Below, piece by piece: positions 38,620 to 48,580 of a stretch of DNA of 64,000 nucleotides. Under the pieces are notes generated by a model. That model was given only the letters and a program-made list of their open reading frames with translations. It had not been told where the DNA came from and searched no databases. A program made the translations under genes and the position numbers. Within the stretch, counting starts at the first letter, position 1. Each line of letters begins with the position of its first letter. This DNA comes from Rhodobacterales bacterium (lineage in GTDB: Bacteria > Pseudomonadota > Alphaproteobacteria > Rhodobacterales > Rhodobacteraceae): assembly GCA_021155205.1 (NCBI GenBank), contig JAJNPS010000016.1, positions 9,927 through 73,926 on the forward strand, given 5' to 3'.

Positions 38620-39760
38620 CGCATTGGTCATCGGCGGCGGACCTGCCGGGCTGATGGCGGCGGAGGCGCTGGCGCTTGCGGGTCGCCGGGTGGTTCTGTG
38701 CGAGGCCAAGCCATCGGTCGGGCGCAAGTTCCTGATGGCCGGAAAATCTGGTCTGAACATCACCAAGAACGAGCCTGCGATCGCCTTTTCCGGCGCATTC
38801 CATGCCCCCTGGATGGACCCCATCCTGCGCGCCTTTGGTCCCGATCACGTGCGGAACTGGTGCCGCGCCCTTGGGCAGGAGGTGTTTACCGGCAGTTCGG
38901 GCCGGGTCTTTCCGGTGGCCATGAAGGCATCGCCGCTGCTGCGGGCGTGGCTTTTGCGGCTGGGGCAGCTTGGCGTGGAAATCCGTCCGCGATGGCGCTG
39001 GACCGGCTTGGTGGGCGGGGCTTTCGGGTTCGATACGCCGTCCGGCCCACAAATCCTGTCGCCGCGCGTCACGGTACTGGCGCTGGGTGGCGCAAGCTGG
39101 TCGCGGCTTGGCTCTGACGGCGCGTGGGTGCCCTGGTTAAGGGAACTGGGCGTCGGGGTCGCCCCCTTCCGGCCCGCGAATGTCGGCTTTGCGGTGGACT
39201 GGTCGCCCCATATGGCGCGCCATTTGGGCCAACCGGTCAAGGGGGTCGCCCTGCATGCAGGCGGACGGACGGATCGGGGTGAATTCGTGATCACCGCCAA
39301 GGGGATCGAGGGCGGTGGTATCTATGCCGTCTCGGCGGCTTTGCGGGACGGCGCGGCGCTCACAGTGGACCTTTTGCCGGATGTGCCGTCGGGCAGGCTT
39401 GCGCAAAGGCTTGCGGCGCTTCGTCCGGCGGACAGCCGCAGCAACCACTTGCGCAAGCTGGGCCTATCGCCTGTTGCGGTCGCACTGGCGCAGGAATTCG
39501 GTCGCGACCGGTTGTTGGCGGATGCGGTCAAATCCCTGACGATCCGTTTGCAAGGACCCTTGGCCCTGGACGAGGCAATCTCGGTTGCGGGCGGCATCAC
39601 GGCAGACAGCCTGCGCCCGACGCTGGAACTGAAGGCGATGCCCGGTGTCTTTGCCTGCGGCGAGATGCTGGACTGGGAGGCACCGACGGGCGGGTATCTG
39701 TTGACCGGCTGCCTTGCGACCGGGCTTTGGGCGGGCCGGGCGGCTGCGCAGGGTCAATAG
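38612..39760 (+). CDS. HI0933/BaiN-like FAD flavoprotein (TIGR03862-like)
   Basis: 382 aa from the ATG at 38612 ([54 protein letters not shown]). It overlaps the ATPase stop by 8 nt. C-terminal [16 protein letters not shown] motif. Confidence 0.8.
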   Translation: [382 protein letters not shown]

Positions 39761-41334
39761 CCCAGTGCGCAGCCGTCCTTGCGCGGGTCAGAGGCGCCGA
39801 TCAGCGCGCCGCTGTCTTCCATCCAGATGGCCTGCGCCCCCCCCAGGGGCGTGTCGGGCGTGGTGACAATGTGTCCCATGGCGGCAAGTGCCGTCCGCAC
39901 CTCCGGCGCATGGCCGCGTTCCAGTTCCAGCCCTTCGCTTTCGCCCATGAAACTGCGAGGGCCGTCCAGCGCCGTTTGCAGGTCCATGCCGAAATCGACA
40001 AGATTTGACATCAGCCGGACATGTCCTGTCGGCTGGTAGGCGCCGCCCATGACGCCAAAGGGCATGATCACCCGCCCGTTCCTGCGCAGCATCGCGGGGA
40101 TGATCGTGTGCATCGGGCGCTTGCCCCCGGCAGCCTCGTTCGGATGGCCGGCGATCAGGTTGAACCCGGCCCCCCGGTTCTGGAAATTGATCCCGAACCT
40201 GTCCGAGGCGAGGCCCGCGCCAAAGCTGTGATAAACCGAATAGATCAACGATACCGCCATCCGGTCGCGATCGACGACGGTGATATAGATGGTGTCGCGA
40301 TGGACCGCCTCGGTGCGGGGGGCAGGGTCGGCGCCTGCGCGTTCCGGGTCGATGAGCGCTGCAAGCCGGTCGGCCGTCACGGGCGACAGCAGATGATCCA
40401 GCCGCGTCATGTGGTCGGGATCGGCAAGAAACCTGTCCCTTGCATCATGGGCGAGCTTTGCAGCCTCTGCCTCCAGATGTGCGCGCCGGGCGCCAAAGGG
40501 GTCAAGTGCCGCAATGTCAAAGGCCTGCAGGATGTTGGCCAGCAGGATCGCGGTCACGCCGTGGCCGTTCGGCGGATGTTCCACCAGTTCGATGCCACGA
40601 TAGATGCCGGAAACCGGCGTGGCATAGGTGCAGGCAGTTGCATCGAAATCGGCAAGCGTGTGACATCCGCCAAGCGCGCGCAGCGATGCCACCATGTCTG
40701 CAGCCACCTCGCCGCCGTAAAAGCCCGCGCGGCCCTGGGCCGCGATGCGCCGCAGCACCTCGGCCAGGCCCGGCGCACGAAAAATTTGGCCCGGCACCGG
40801 GGCTTTGCCGTCCAGCAGGTAGTAGGTACGCGCGACGCCCGACAGGTGGGGTTCCGCCAGCGCCCAGTCGCGTGCAACGCGCGGAGCCACGGGCACGCCT
40901 TCATCCGCATAGCGGATCGCAGGGGCAAGCGTTGCAGGCAGCCCGATCCGGCCCCAATCGGCCGACAGCCTGCAGAACGCGTCGACCGCGCCGGGAATTG
41001 TCACGGCCTCGACCCCATAAAACGGGACGACGCCATTTCCCCTGTCGCGCATGGCTGCCGCAGACAGTCCGGCAGGGGCGCGGCCGGACCCGTTCAAGGC
41101 CAGGATGTCGTCGGAACCAGCAGGTTTGACAAGTGCAAAGCAATCGCCGCCGATGCCGGTCATCTGTGGCTCGCAAATCCCCAATAGCACCGCCCCCGCA
41201 ATGGCTGCATCGACTGCGTTTCCGCCGGCCTCAAGGATCGCAATGGCGGTCTTGGCTGCCAGAGGATGCGATGTCGCGCAGATGCCGTTTGCGGCATATG
41301 TCGCGGAGCGTCCGGGTTGTTGAAAATCGCGCAT
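39754..41334 (-). CDS. ggt: Gamma-glutamyltransferase family protein
   Basis: 526 aa with the typical GGT N-terminus (ATSHPLAAKTAIAILEAGGNAVDAAIA) and the GGxxQ region near the C-terminus (FGVMGGAYQPTGHV). The 3' end overlaps the convergent flavoprotein gene by 7 nt. Confidence 0.88.
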   Translation of the reverse strand: MRDFQQPGRSATYAANGICATSHPLAAKTAIAILEAGGNAVDAAIAGAVLLGICEPQMTGIGGDCFALVKPAGSDDILALNGSGRAPAGLSAAAMRDRGNGVVPFYGVEAVTIPGAVDAFCRLSADWGRIGLPATLAPAIRYADEGVPVAPRVARDWALAEPHLSGVARTYYLLDGKAPVPGQIFRAPGLAEVLRRIAAQGRAGFYGGEVAADMVASLRALGGCHTLADFDATACTYATPVSGIYRGIELVEHPPNGHGVTAILLANILQAFDIAALDPFGARRAHLEAEAAKLAHDARDRFLADPDHMTRLDHLLSPVTADRLAALIDPERAGADPAPRTEAVHRDTIYITVVDRDRMAVSLIYSVYHSFGAGLASDRFGINFQNRGAGFNLIAGHPNEAAGGKRPMHTIIPAMLRRNGRVIMPFGVMGGAYQPTGHVRLMSNLVDFGMDLQTALDGPRSFMGESEGLELERGHAPEVRTALAAMGHIVTTPDTPLGGAQAIWMEDSGALIGASDPRKDGCALGY

Positions 41335-41453
41335 TCTGCCCGGTCATCCCTGCTGGTTTGCGAAGTTGCAGGTTAAGGTCGAAGCCCTGTAACGCCAAGC
41401 GTGCATGAGGGGAATATGCTGGATGACGCGCAATGCGGCGGGGGCAGCATAGA

Positions 41454-41500
41454 ACCTCGGCGCCGCGACTGGGTGGGGGCTTAGACCGCAGCGCCGAGGT
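41454..41500. other. Long-stem hairpin in a 273-bp intergenic region
   Basis: ACCTCGGCGC (41454-41463) pairs with GCGCCGAGGT (41491-41500), 10/10, around a 27-nt loop. On the minus strand the loop reads ...GCCCCCACCC... and the stem is followed by TTCTAT. The TGGGGGC motif occurs at 41473 and again at 41551. Confidence 0.5.
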
Positions 41501-41607
41501 GAAGCTTTATGCAGCTACCCGTTTGTTATGGCGGAGGCCCGGGGCCTGATTGGGGGCAAAAGACGGCGTTTCGGCGACAGTATCGCATGATCCGCGACAA
41601 TGGAAAT

Positions 41608-42075
41608 TCATGCGGCCGATTGTTCAGTCGTCAGCCGAAATGTCAGCTGGTTCTGGTCCGCCACCCGCGCATAGCGCAGGTCTTCGGCAAGTGTCCGAAT
41701 CAGGTACCAGCCAAAACCGCCCTCTGGCAGATCTTCCGGCGCATCGAGAATCCCTTGTGGCAACGCCTCGCCCGGCATCGGCGCGCCGTGATCGACGATG
41801 CGACAGTTCAGCCCCTGCCCGTTCAGGCACAGGGTCAGTTCGATCTCTCCCCCGGCCTCGGCATAGGCGTGTTCGACGATGTTGTTCAGCGCCTCGGCCA
41901 GAACGAGTTCCGCGCGGCCACGATCGGCTTCGTCCAATTGGCGCAGCAGCAGCGTGTCAAACAGCGCCTTCAAGCCCTGTTGGACCGCCACCGGGTCCGA
42001 CGGAATGACGATCCGCGTCGCCGCAGGGAGTGATGACTGAACCGGCGGCTGGCCAGTTCCCGGTTCAGCCGACAT
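41608..42075 (-). CDS. Anti-sigma regulatory factor, RsbW/SpoIIAB-type Ser/Thr kinase (HATPase_c_2)
   Basis: N-box ELVLAEALNNIVEHAY, G1 IVDHGAPMP, G2 EGGFGWYLIRTLA. Overlaps the upstream STAS gene by 11 nt. Confidence 0.8.
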   Translation of the reverse strand: MSAEPGTGQPPVQSSLPAATRIVIPSDPVAVQQGLKALFDTLLLRQLDEADRGRAELVLAEALNNIVEHAYAEAGGEIELTLCLNGQGLNCRIVDHGAPMPGEALPQGILDAPEDLPEGGFGWYLIRTLAEDLRYARVADQNQLTFRLTTEQSAA

Positions 42076-42400
42076 GCCGCACCTCTTCAGGCAGCGTGCG
42101 GTGGATGGTAAAGATCGTGTCCATCCGGGTCAGGCGAAACACCTTTTCGACCGTTGGCGTCAGTCCCGACAGTTGCAGCTTGCGGTCCGGACCCATCATC
42201 TTGAGCACCGAGACAACGGCGCCGAGCCCGCTGGAATCCAGAAACGCCACCTGCGACAGGTCCAGGATCACGATCGGCGACGGCCCGTTCACCAGACCGC
42301 GCATCTTTTCCTTGAACTGGATTGCGCCTGCGGCATCAATCCGGTCCTCCAAGACATGAATAACCAGTGCGTGCGGCAATAGCTTTGCCATAAGGTTCAT
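42065..42400 (-). CDS. STAS-domain anti-sigma-factor antagonist
   Basis: 111 aa from the ATG at 42400 (SD GGAGGG). STAS pattern with the phosphorylatable Ser context VAFLDSSGLGAVV. Confidence 0.8.
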   Translation of the reverse strand: MNLMAKLLPHALVIHVLEDRIDAAGAIQFKEKMRGLVNGPSPIVILDLSQVAFLDSSGLGAVVSVLKMMGPDRKLQLSGLTPTVEKVFRLTRMDTIFTIHRTLPEEVRHVG

Positions 42401-42477
42401 AACCTGCCCTCCGTTGCGCGAGTTGCAGCAACGGTAGGGCCAAGACGTTATCATCCCGTAACCGGGTTTCGGCCTTG

Positions 42478-42804
42478 TCAGTTCATTTGAAAGTGCAGCG
42501 GATAGCGCCCGTCTTCGAAGTCGCCGAAAAGATCTCCCAGGTCGGGATGATCGACAGGCTCGCCGGTTTCGTCCGGCACAAGGTTCTGTTCCGAGACATA
42601 GGCCACATAGAAACTTTGGTCGTTTTCGGCCAACAGGTGATAGAACGGCTGATCCTTGGAGGGGCGGCTGTCTTCGGGGATCGCCTCATACCAGGCATCG
42701 GTGTTCGAAAACATCGCGTCGACGTCAAACACAACGCCGCGAAATGGGTGCTTCTTGTGCCGAAGCACTTGCCCCAGATGATATTTGGCCTGCGTCTTCA
42801 GCAT
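42478..42804 (-). CDS. hspQ: Heat shock protein HspQ (YccV hemimethylated-DNA-binding domain)
   Basis: 108 aa. Family pattern AKYHLGQVLRHKKHPFRGVVFDVD...PFYHLLAEND.SFYVAYVSEQNL. Confidence 0.85.
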   Translation of the reverse strand: MLKTQAKYHLGQVLRHKKHPFRGVVFDVDAMFSNTDAWYEAIPEDSRPSKDQPFYHLLAENDQSFYVAYVSEQNLVPDETGEPVDHPDLGDLFGDFEDGRYPLHFQMN

Positions 42805-43068
42805 GGCTATGGCCCCCTGAGACTTGTTGATAGTCCCGATCCGCCAATGTTGTCCATGTTCCAGACGGGCAATCGGGGAAACAGTCTGTGGCCCTGATTC
42901 TGACAGTCACAGGCACGCCTCATGGAATTGCAAGCAAAAGTTGTGTCAGAATTTAGAAAATCTATCCCGGAGATAGTCAGGTCGTGCTGCCCTTATGAAC
43001 GCGCCCCATTTCCCTTGCCTGCCTTTTGCACTATGATCTTTCCAAAGAAAAAACGTGCGAGGGGCAAA

Positions 43069-43644
43069 ATGAGCAGGTTTCTCCGCGCGTCGGGGCTGAT
43101 GTTGATGCTTGCTTCCTGCGGGGGCGGCAACTTTTCCGCGCCACGCGATCTAGACAATGCCTGTGCGATAGCAGAGCAACGGCCGGAATATTTGCGCGCG
43201 ATGCAAGATACCGAACGCAAATGGGGCGTTCCGGTGCAGGTGCAGATGGCGACGATCTACCAGGAATCCAAGTTCATCGGAAACGCGCGCACGCCCTACC
43301 GCTGGGCGCTTGGCATCATTCCGATGGGTCGCGAAAGTTCGGCCTATGGCTACAGCCAGGCGCTGGACGGAACCTGGGAGGAATACCAGGACAAGGTCAA
43401 CCGCGGCGCAAGGCGTGACCGGATCAGCGACGCCACCGACTTCATGGGCTGGTACATGACCCAAAGCGAACAGGGTCTGGGCATCCCCAAGACCGATGCC
43501 GAGGCGCAGTATCTGGCCTATCACGAGGGGCGCACCGGCTATGCACGGGGGACGCACCGCCAGAAAGCGTGGCTGCTGGACGTTGCTTCCGAGGTGGGCG
43601 CGCGCGCCAGGATGTACGAGAGACAACTGATGTCCTGCGCGTAA
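43069..43644 (+). CDS. Lipoprotein with a lytic-transglycosylase-like (SLT-type) motif
   Basis: The ATG at 43069 gives the lipobox LMLASC. IYQESKF...YGYSQALDGTW resembles the E-S...G-x-x-Q pattern of SLT domains. Confidence 0.5.
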   Translation: MSRFLRASGLMLMLASCGGGNFSAPRDLDNACAIAEQRPEYLRAMQDTERKWGVPVQVQMATIYQESKFIGNARTPYRWALGIIPMGRESSAYGYSQALDGTWEEYQDKVNRGARRDRISDATDFMGWYMTQSEQGLGIPKTDAEAQYLAYHEGRTGYARGTHRQKAWLLDVASEVGARARMYERQLMSCA

Positions 43645-43653
43645 TGGCGTGCA

Positions 43654-44256
43654 TCAGTTGGCGCGGCGCTGAATCTCGGTCTCAAAGCTGAACAGCGACG
43701 CCTTGAGGTCCTGCCCGGCCTTCAGATCGCCCAAGATCACGGTGGTCTGCTGGCCCAGGTCGTCAGTGATGACCCATTGGCGCAGCGCGATGGGATTATC
43801 GGTAAAGACCAGCGCGATGGTGCCGTATTCGGGGTTGTCGGGGTCTTGCGCCACCACCTTGGTCGAGGTTCCGTCGGCGCTGTGATCCATCACCATCCGC
43901 GCGCGGCCAAGATCGACATTCTCGGCTAGGATCAGGTTCAGCGGCGTGCGTTTCAGCGGATATTGTTCCGGGGGCTGGTTCGACTTGGCGTCAAAGATCG
44001 CCACCTGTCCGCCCGAGGCGAGCACCAGGCTCTGATCCGGCGGGGCATATTCGAAACGGACACGGCCTGGGCGCTTGATGTAGATTTTCCCGGTCGAGAT
44101 GGAGCCATCGGCGTTGATCTGGCTGAAGTCGGATTCCGCCGATGTGATGCCGTTCAGGTAGGCGGACAGCGCCTGCAAGGAAATCTTCTCTGCCATTGCG
44201 GGCAGGGAAAGGGCAATCAGGGCGAGCGGGGCCAGAAGGGCTGTTCGGACATTCAT
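43654..44256 (-). CDS. lolA: Outer-membrane lipoprotein carrier protein LolA
   Basis: 200 aa from the ATG at 44256. Signal peptide MNVRTALLAPLALIALSLPAMA/E. LolA pattern SDFSQ...G.IYIKRPGRVRFEY. Classic position downstream of ftsK. Confidence 0.88.
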   Translation of the reverse strand: MNVRTALLAPLALIALSLPAMAEKISLQALSAYLNGITSAESDFSQINADGSISTGKIYIKRPGRVRFEYAPPDQSLVLASGGQVAIFDAKSNQPPEQYPLKRTPLNLILAENVDLGRARMVMDHSADGTSTKVVAQDPDNPEYGTIALVFTDNPIALRQWVITDDLGQQTTVILGDLKAGQDLKASLFSFETEIQRRAN

Positions 44257-44402
44257 GGGGGAAATATAGGGGATCGGGTGCGGGGCTGCATCCCCATCGG
44301 GTTCACTTCGCGGAGAGGTGCCAAGCCGGCGATGTCGCAACACCTCTGTGCAAAGATCTGCGTGTTCTCCGGGTCACATGTTCGCGCATTTGCAGCGGAC
44401 CC

Positions 44403-47237
44403 TCACCGCTCCTCGATCAGAATCTCCCGTTTGCCCACATGGTTCGCCGTCGTGACGACGTGGTTTTCCTCCATCTGCTCCACCAGCTTTGCCGCCTTGT
44501 TATACCCGATCCCCAGCTTGCGCTGGATGTAGCTGGTCGAACATTTGCGGTCCTTGGCGACGATCGCGACGGCCTGGTCATAAAGGCTGTCGTCGGCCCC
44601 GTCCCCGCCCAGGCCGAGAACCAGGTCGATGTCGCCCTCTTTGTCCTCGTCGACGCCGTCCACCACGCCGGACATATATACCGGGGGGCCATAGCTCTTG
44701 AGGTGGCTGACGATTTCCTCGACTTCCTCGTCGCTGACGAACGGCCCATGAATGCGGGTGATCTTGGCGCCGCCGGCCATGTAAAGCATGTCGCCCATGC
44801 CGAGGAGCTGCTCGGCGCCCTGTTCGCCGAGGATGGTGCGGCTGTCGATCTTGGACGTGACCTGAAACGAAATCCGGGTCGGAAAGTTCGCCTTGATCGT
44901 GCCGGTGATGACGTCCACGCTCGGGCGCTGGGTGGCCATGATCAGGTGGATGCCTGAGGCGCGCGCCATCTGGGCGAGGCGCTGGATGCAGGCCTCTATT
45001 TCCTTGCCCGCGACCATCATCAGATCGGCCATTTCGTCCACGATGACGACGATGTAGGGCAGCGCGACGGGGGCGAACTCCTCGGTCTCGAACACCGGAT
45101 CGCCGGTATCCTCGTCGAACCCGGTCTGGAAGGTGCGCACGAACATCTCGTTCTTGGCCAGCGCCTCGCGCACACGGCCGTTGTAGCCCTCGATGTTGCG
45201 CACGCCCGTCTTGGACATCTTGCGGTAACGCTCCTCCATCTCACCCACGACCCATTTCAGCGCGACGACTGCTTTCTTCGGGTCGGTCACGACGGGTGAC
45301 AACAGGTGCGGAATGCCGTCATAGACGCTCAATTCCAGCATCTTGGGGTCGATCATGATCAACCGGCATTCCTCGGGCGACAACTTGTACAACAGCGACA
45401 GGATCATCGTGTTGATGGCGACGGACTTGCCCGAGCCGGTGGTGCCCGCAATCAGAAGGTGCGGCATCTTGGCAAGGTTCGCGACGATGGGATCGCCGCC
45501 GATGTCCTTGCCGAGCGCCAGGGGCAGGCGCATCTGGCTGTCGCCGAAATCGCGCGATGCCAGAATTTCGCGCAAGACCACCTTTTCGCGCCAGACGTTC
45601 GGCAGTTCGATGCCGATGACGGTGCGACCCGGCACGGTGGAGACGCGCGCCGACAGGGCGGACATGGAGCGGGCGATGTCGTCGGAAAGTCCGATCACGC
45701 GGCTGGCCTTGAGGCCCGGCGCGGGTTCCAGTTCGTACATGGTGACGACGGGGCCGGGACGGACCGACACGATTTCGCCCTTTACGCCGTAGTCATCCAG
45801 AACCGATTCCAGCATGCGCGCGTTTTCCTGCAAGGACGCGCTGGACAATTGCTGCTGGCCTGCGGGTTCAGGTGGCGACAGCAGCGACAGGGGCGGCAGT
45901 TCAAAGGTCGGCGCGGCGTCGTCGAACCGCAAGCGCGGCTGCGCCTCGGCCTGGGCCTGGCGCGATGGGGCGGCCTTGCGCGGTGCAGTCTGCACCGTCG
46001 CGCGGGCCGCAGCAGGTCCCTGCACCGACCGGAACGTCAGGGGATCGGCGTCGTCGAGCAGATCCACATCGTCCGCGTCATCGCCAGCATAGGCCAGGGC
46101 AGGTTCGGCCCGGGCGGGAGTTGCGCCACGCAGAACCGGGGGCTCGCGTCGCGTCGTGGGGGTGATCGCTGTCATGGCGGGTTCGGCCCGCATCCGGGCG
46201 CGGACGGCATCACCGATGCGGGTGCGGATCCGCTCGTCACTCGGGAGTTGCGACAGGTCCATGTCGCGCATCGGAGGATCGACCAGCTCCGGCGGTGGGG
46301 CCATGTCCATGCTGCGGCGCAGGCGCGCCAATAGCCCCCGCTTTGGGGCTTCGGGCGCAAGGCTGGGGCGATGATCGGCGCGCAGCGTGGCGGCGGCGTT
46401 CCATGCGGCCGATGCCTGCAGGGGTTCGGGGGCCATGTTGACCACCGCGGCACGGCGCACGGCCGCCTTGTAAGGCGCGACATTGGTGGGGTTGGTGACG
46501 GCAGGCCGCCAGTCGGCATGACGCATCGGGTCGGCGCGGTCGCGCATCCGTTCCTGCAGCCCGCGAGAGGCGCGCCAGGTGCCTGCCGCACCCCGCCCGG
46601 CAAGGGTCAAACCCGTCGAGTAAGCCTGGATCGACCCCGCAAGCAGGAACTGCACCAAGGCGCGCAATTCAGCCCGGTCAAAGCCCGTGACATACAGCGC
46701 CATCGCCGCAAGGGCAAAGAAAGAAAGGACGCTGATCAGCTTCAGCCCAAGTCCGGTGCCACCCGGCACAAGCCCGATCAGTGCCCCGAGGATCGTATCG
46801 CCGAACAATCCGCCAAGACCAAAGGAATGCGGCCAGGCCGTTCCGGGCACCAGCGTTGCGGCATAGACCGAGGCCAGCGCCACGCCGATGACGGCAAAGA
46901 CGATGCGGGCCAGCGCACGCTCGCCGCCCCGATGCAGCACGAACCGCACTCCCCAGGCCATCAGCACCAGCGGCATGAACCACGCGCTTTTGCCGATCAG
47001 GATGATCAGGGTGGAGGAGACCGAGGCCCCGAACCGCCCCAAGAGGTTGTCTGCAGGCTCTTCGGTTGCGACCATCCAGCCGGGGTCATCGGGCGAATAG
47101 CTGAACAGCATCGCGGCAAACAGCAGTCCGACGGCGCAGAGCGCCAGTCCGAAAAGCTCCCGTCCGCGCCGTTCCAGCATCGCCTGGGTGCCCTGATCCA
47201 GAAGAGGATCACGCTGCCGCGTCTGATAGGTCGCCAT
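44403..47237 (-). CDS. ftsK: DNA translocase FtsK
   Basis: N-terminal TM domain, Pro/Ala-rich linker, motor domain with Walker [17 protein letters not shown], and a C-terminal gamma wHTH ([22 protein letters not shown]). The ATG at 47237 has the SD AAGGAA and avoids overlap with the upstream gene. Confidence 0.95.
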   Translation of the reverse strand: MATYQTRQRDPLLDQGTQAMLERRGRELFGLALCAVGLLFAAMLFSYSPDDPGWMVATEEPADNLLGRFGASVSSTLIILIGKSAWFMPLVLMAWGVRFVLHRGGERALARIVFAVIGVALASVYAATLVPGTAWPHSFGLGGLFGDTILGALIGLVPGGTGLGLKLISVLSFFALAAMALYVTGFDRAELRALVQFLLAGSIQAYSTGLTLAGRGAAGTWRASRGLQERMRDRADPMRHADWRPAVTNPTNVAPYKAAVRRAAVVNMAPEPLQASAAWNAAATLRADHRPSLAPEAPKRGLLARLRRSMDMAPPPELVDPPMRDMDLSQLPSDERIRTRIGDAVRARMRAEPAMTAITPTTRREPPVLRGATPARAEPALAYAGDDADDVDLLDDADPLTFRSVQGPAAARATVQTAPRKAAPSRQAQAEAQPRLRFDDAAPTFELPPLSLLSPPEPAGQQQLSSASLQENARMLESVLDDYGVKGEIVSVRPGPVVTMYELEPAPGLKASRVIGLSDDIARSMSALSARVSTVPGRTVIGIELPNVWREKVVLREILASRDFGDSQMRLPLALGKDIGGDPIVANLAKMPHLLIAGTTGSGKSVAINTMILSLLYKLSPEECRLIMIDPKMLELSVYDGIPHLLSPVVTDPKKAVVALKWVVGEMEERYRKMSKTGVRNIEGYNGRVREALAKNEMFVRTFQTGFDEDTGDPVFETEEFAPVALPYIVVIVDEMADLMMVAGKEIEACIQRLAQMARASGIHLIMATQRPSVDVITGTIKANFPTRISFQVTSKIDSRTILGEQGAEQLLGMGDMLYMAGGAKITRIHGPFVSDEEVEEIVSHLKSYGPPVYMSGVVDGVDEDKEGDIDLVLGLGGDGADDSLYDQAVAIVAKDRKCSTSYIQRKLGIGYNKAAKLVEQMEENHVVTTANHVGKREILIEER

Positions 47238-47250
47238 GCTGTGTTGTTCC

Positions 47251-48429
47251 TTACGCATAAAGGCAGTCGCGCAGCTGGATCAGCCCCGCCTGCGTCTCGT
47301 CCTTGGGGGCGACAAGGGCCACCCTGATGAAATCGCGCCCGGGATTTCTCCCGGCCACGTCGCGCGACAGGTATGCGCCGGGCAACACCCGGACGCCGGC
47401 TTCGCGCCAAAGTTTCAGTGTCGCCGCCTCGCCATCCTCGACCGGCAGCCAGAGGAAAAAGCCGCCTTCGGGACGCCGGTAGGCCTGCAGGCCGCGAAAC
47501 ACCTGGTCGGCCAGGCGGAACTTGTCGTGATACATCGCGCGCGAGACATCGACATGGGCCTCGTCGCGCCATGCCGCCGCGGACACGCGCTGGACCGGCA
47601 GCGGCAGCGGGGCGCCGGCAAAGGCGCGAAGCTGGCGGATGCGGGCAATGGCGTCCGGTCCGCCCGCGACAAAGCCCGACCGCAGGCCCGGCAGGTTGGA
47701 ACGCTTTGACAGGGAATGGAACGCAAAGACCCGTTCGGGGTCGGCGCCGATGTCCCTCGCAACGCCCAGAATGCCGGGCGGTGGCGCGTCGTGCCAGATT
47801 TCGGAATAGCATTCGTCGGCAAAGACGCGGAAATCATGCTTTTCGGCCAGCGCCAGCAGCGACGCGATGTAGTCGCGCGACGCGACCGCACCCTGTGGGT
47901 TCGACGGCGAACAGATGTAGGCGATGGCAACGCGGTCCAGCATCTCGGCCGACAAGGCGGCGTAGTCTGGCAGATAGCCGGTTGATGCCTCTGCCGGCAC
48001 ATAGACCGGCTCCGCCCCGACGGTCAGGGCCGCGACGGCATAGACCTGATAGAACGGGTTCGGCATCAGGATCACAGGCCGCTTGCCGGCCTTGGCCTCG
48101 GGGCAGAGCGCGATGGCCGCATTGAAAAGCCCTTCGCGCGTGCCGTTCAGCACCATCAGCCGATCAGCGTCCAGGTGCGCGCCATACCGGCGCGCGGTCC
48201 AGCCCGCGATGGCCGCCAGCAGTTCTGGCGTGCCGTCATTGGGGGGATAGACACCAAATTCGTGGATATGGGCGGCCAGAATAGGGTGGACGAAGTCCGG
48301 CATCGGGTGCCTGGGTTCGCCGATGGTCATGGTGATGGGCGAACCGCCCGGCGCATGCGCATCCAGCAGCTTCCGCAGACGCGGAAACGCGTATTCCGGC
48401 AGGTTCGCAAACCGCTCAGGAAACTGCAT
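47251..48429 (-). CDS. Class I/II pyridoxal-phosphate-dependent aminotransferase
   Basis: 392 aa. N-terminus [16 protein letters not shown] and PLP-lysine context [16 protein letters not shown]. Confidence 0.88.
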   Translation of the reverse strand: MQFPERFANLPEYAFPRLRKLLDAHAPGGSPITMTIGEPRHPMPDFVHPILAAHIHEFGVYPPNDGTPELLAAIAGWTARRYGAHLDADRLMVLNGTREGLFNAAIALCPEAKAGKRPVILMPNPFYQVYAVAALTVGAEPVYVPAEASTGYLPDYAALSAEMLDRVAIAYICSPSNPQGAVASRDYIASLLALAEKHDFRVFADECYSEIWHDAPPPGILGVARDIGADPERVFAFHSLSKRSNLPGLRSGFVAGGPDAIARIRQLRAFAGAPLPLPVQRVSAAAWRDEAHVDVSRAMYHDKFRLADQVFRGLQAYRRPEGGFFLWLPVEDGEAATLKLWREAGVRVLPGAYLSRDVAGRNPGRDFIRVALVAPKDETQAGLIQLRDCLYA

Positions 48430-48580
48430 TCATGCCTCAACCGCGGGATCGTTTCGCCCCACTTTGGCCAGACCTTAGCGACTGACGCGCGCCCGGTCCA
48501 GAAACTCGGGCACATGTCGCTGCTTGAGCGGTGAAAGCTGTTGCTTTTTCGCCCGACTCCGTCTGACGGCAGGACAATAT

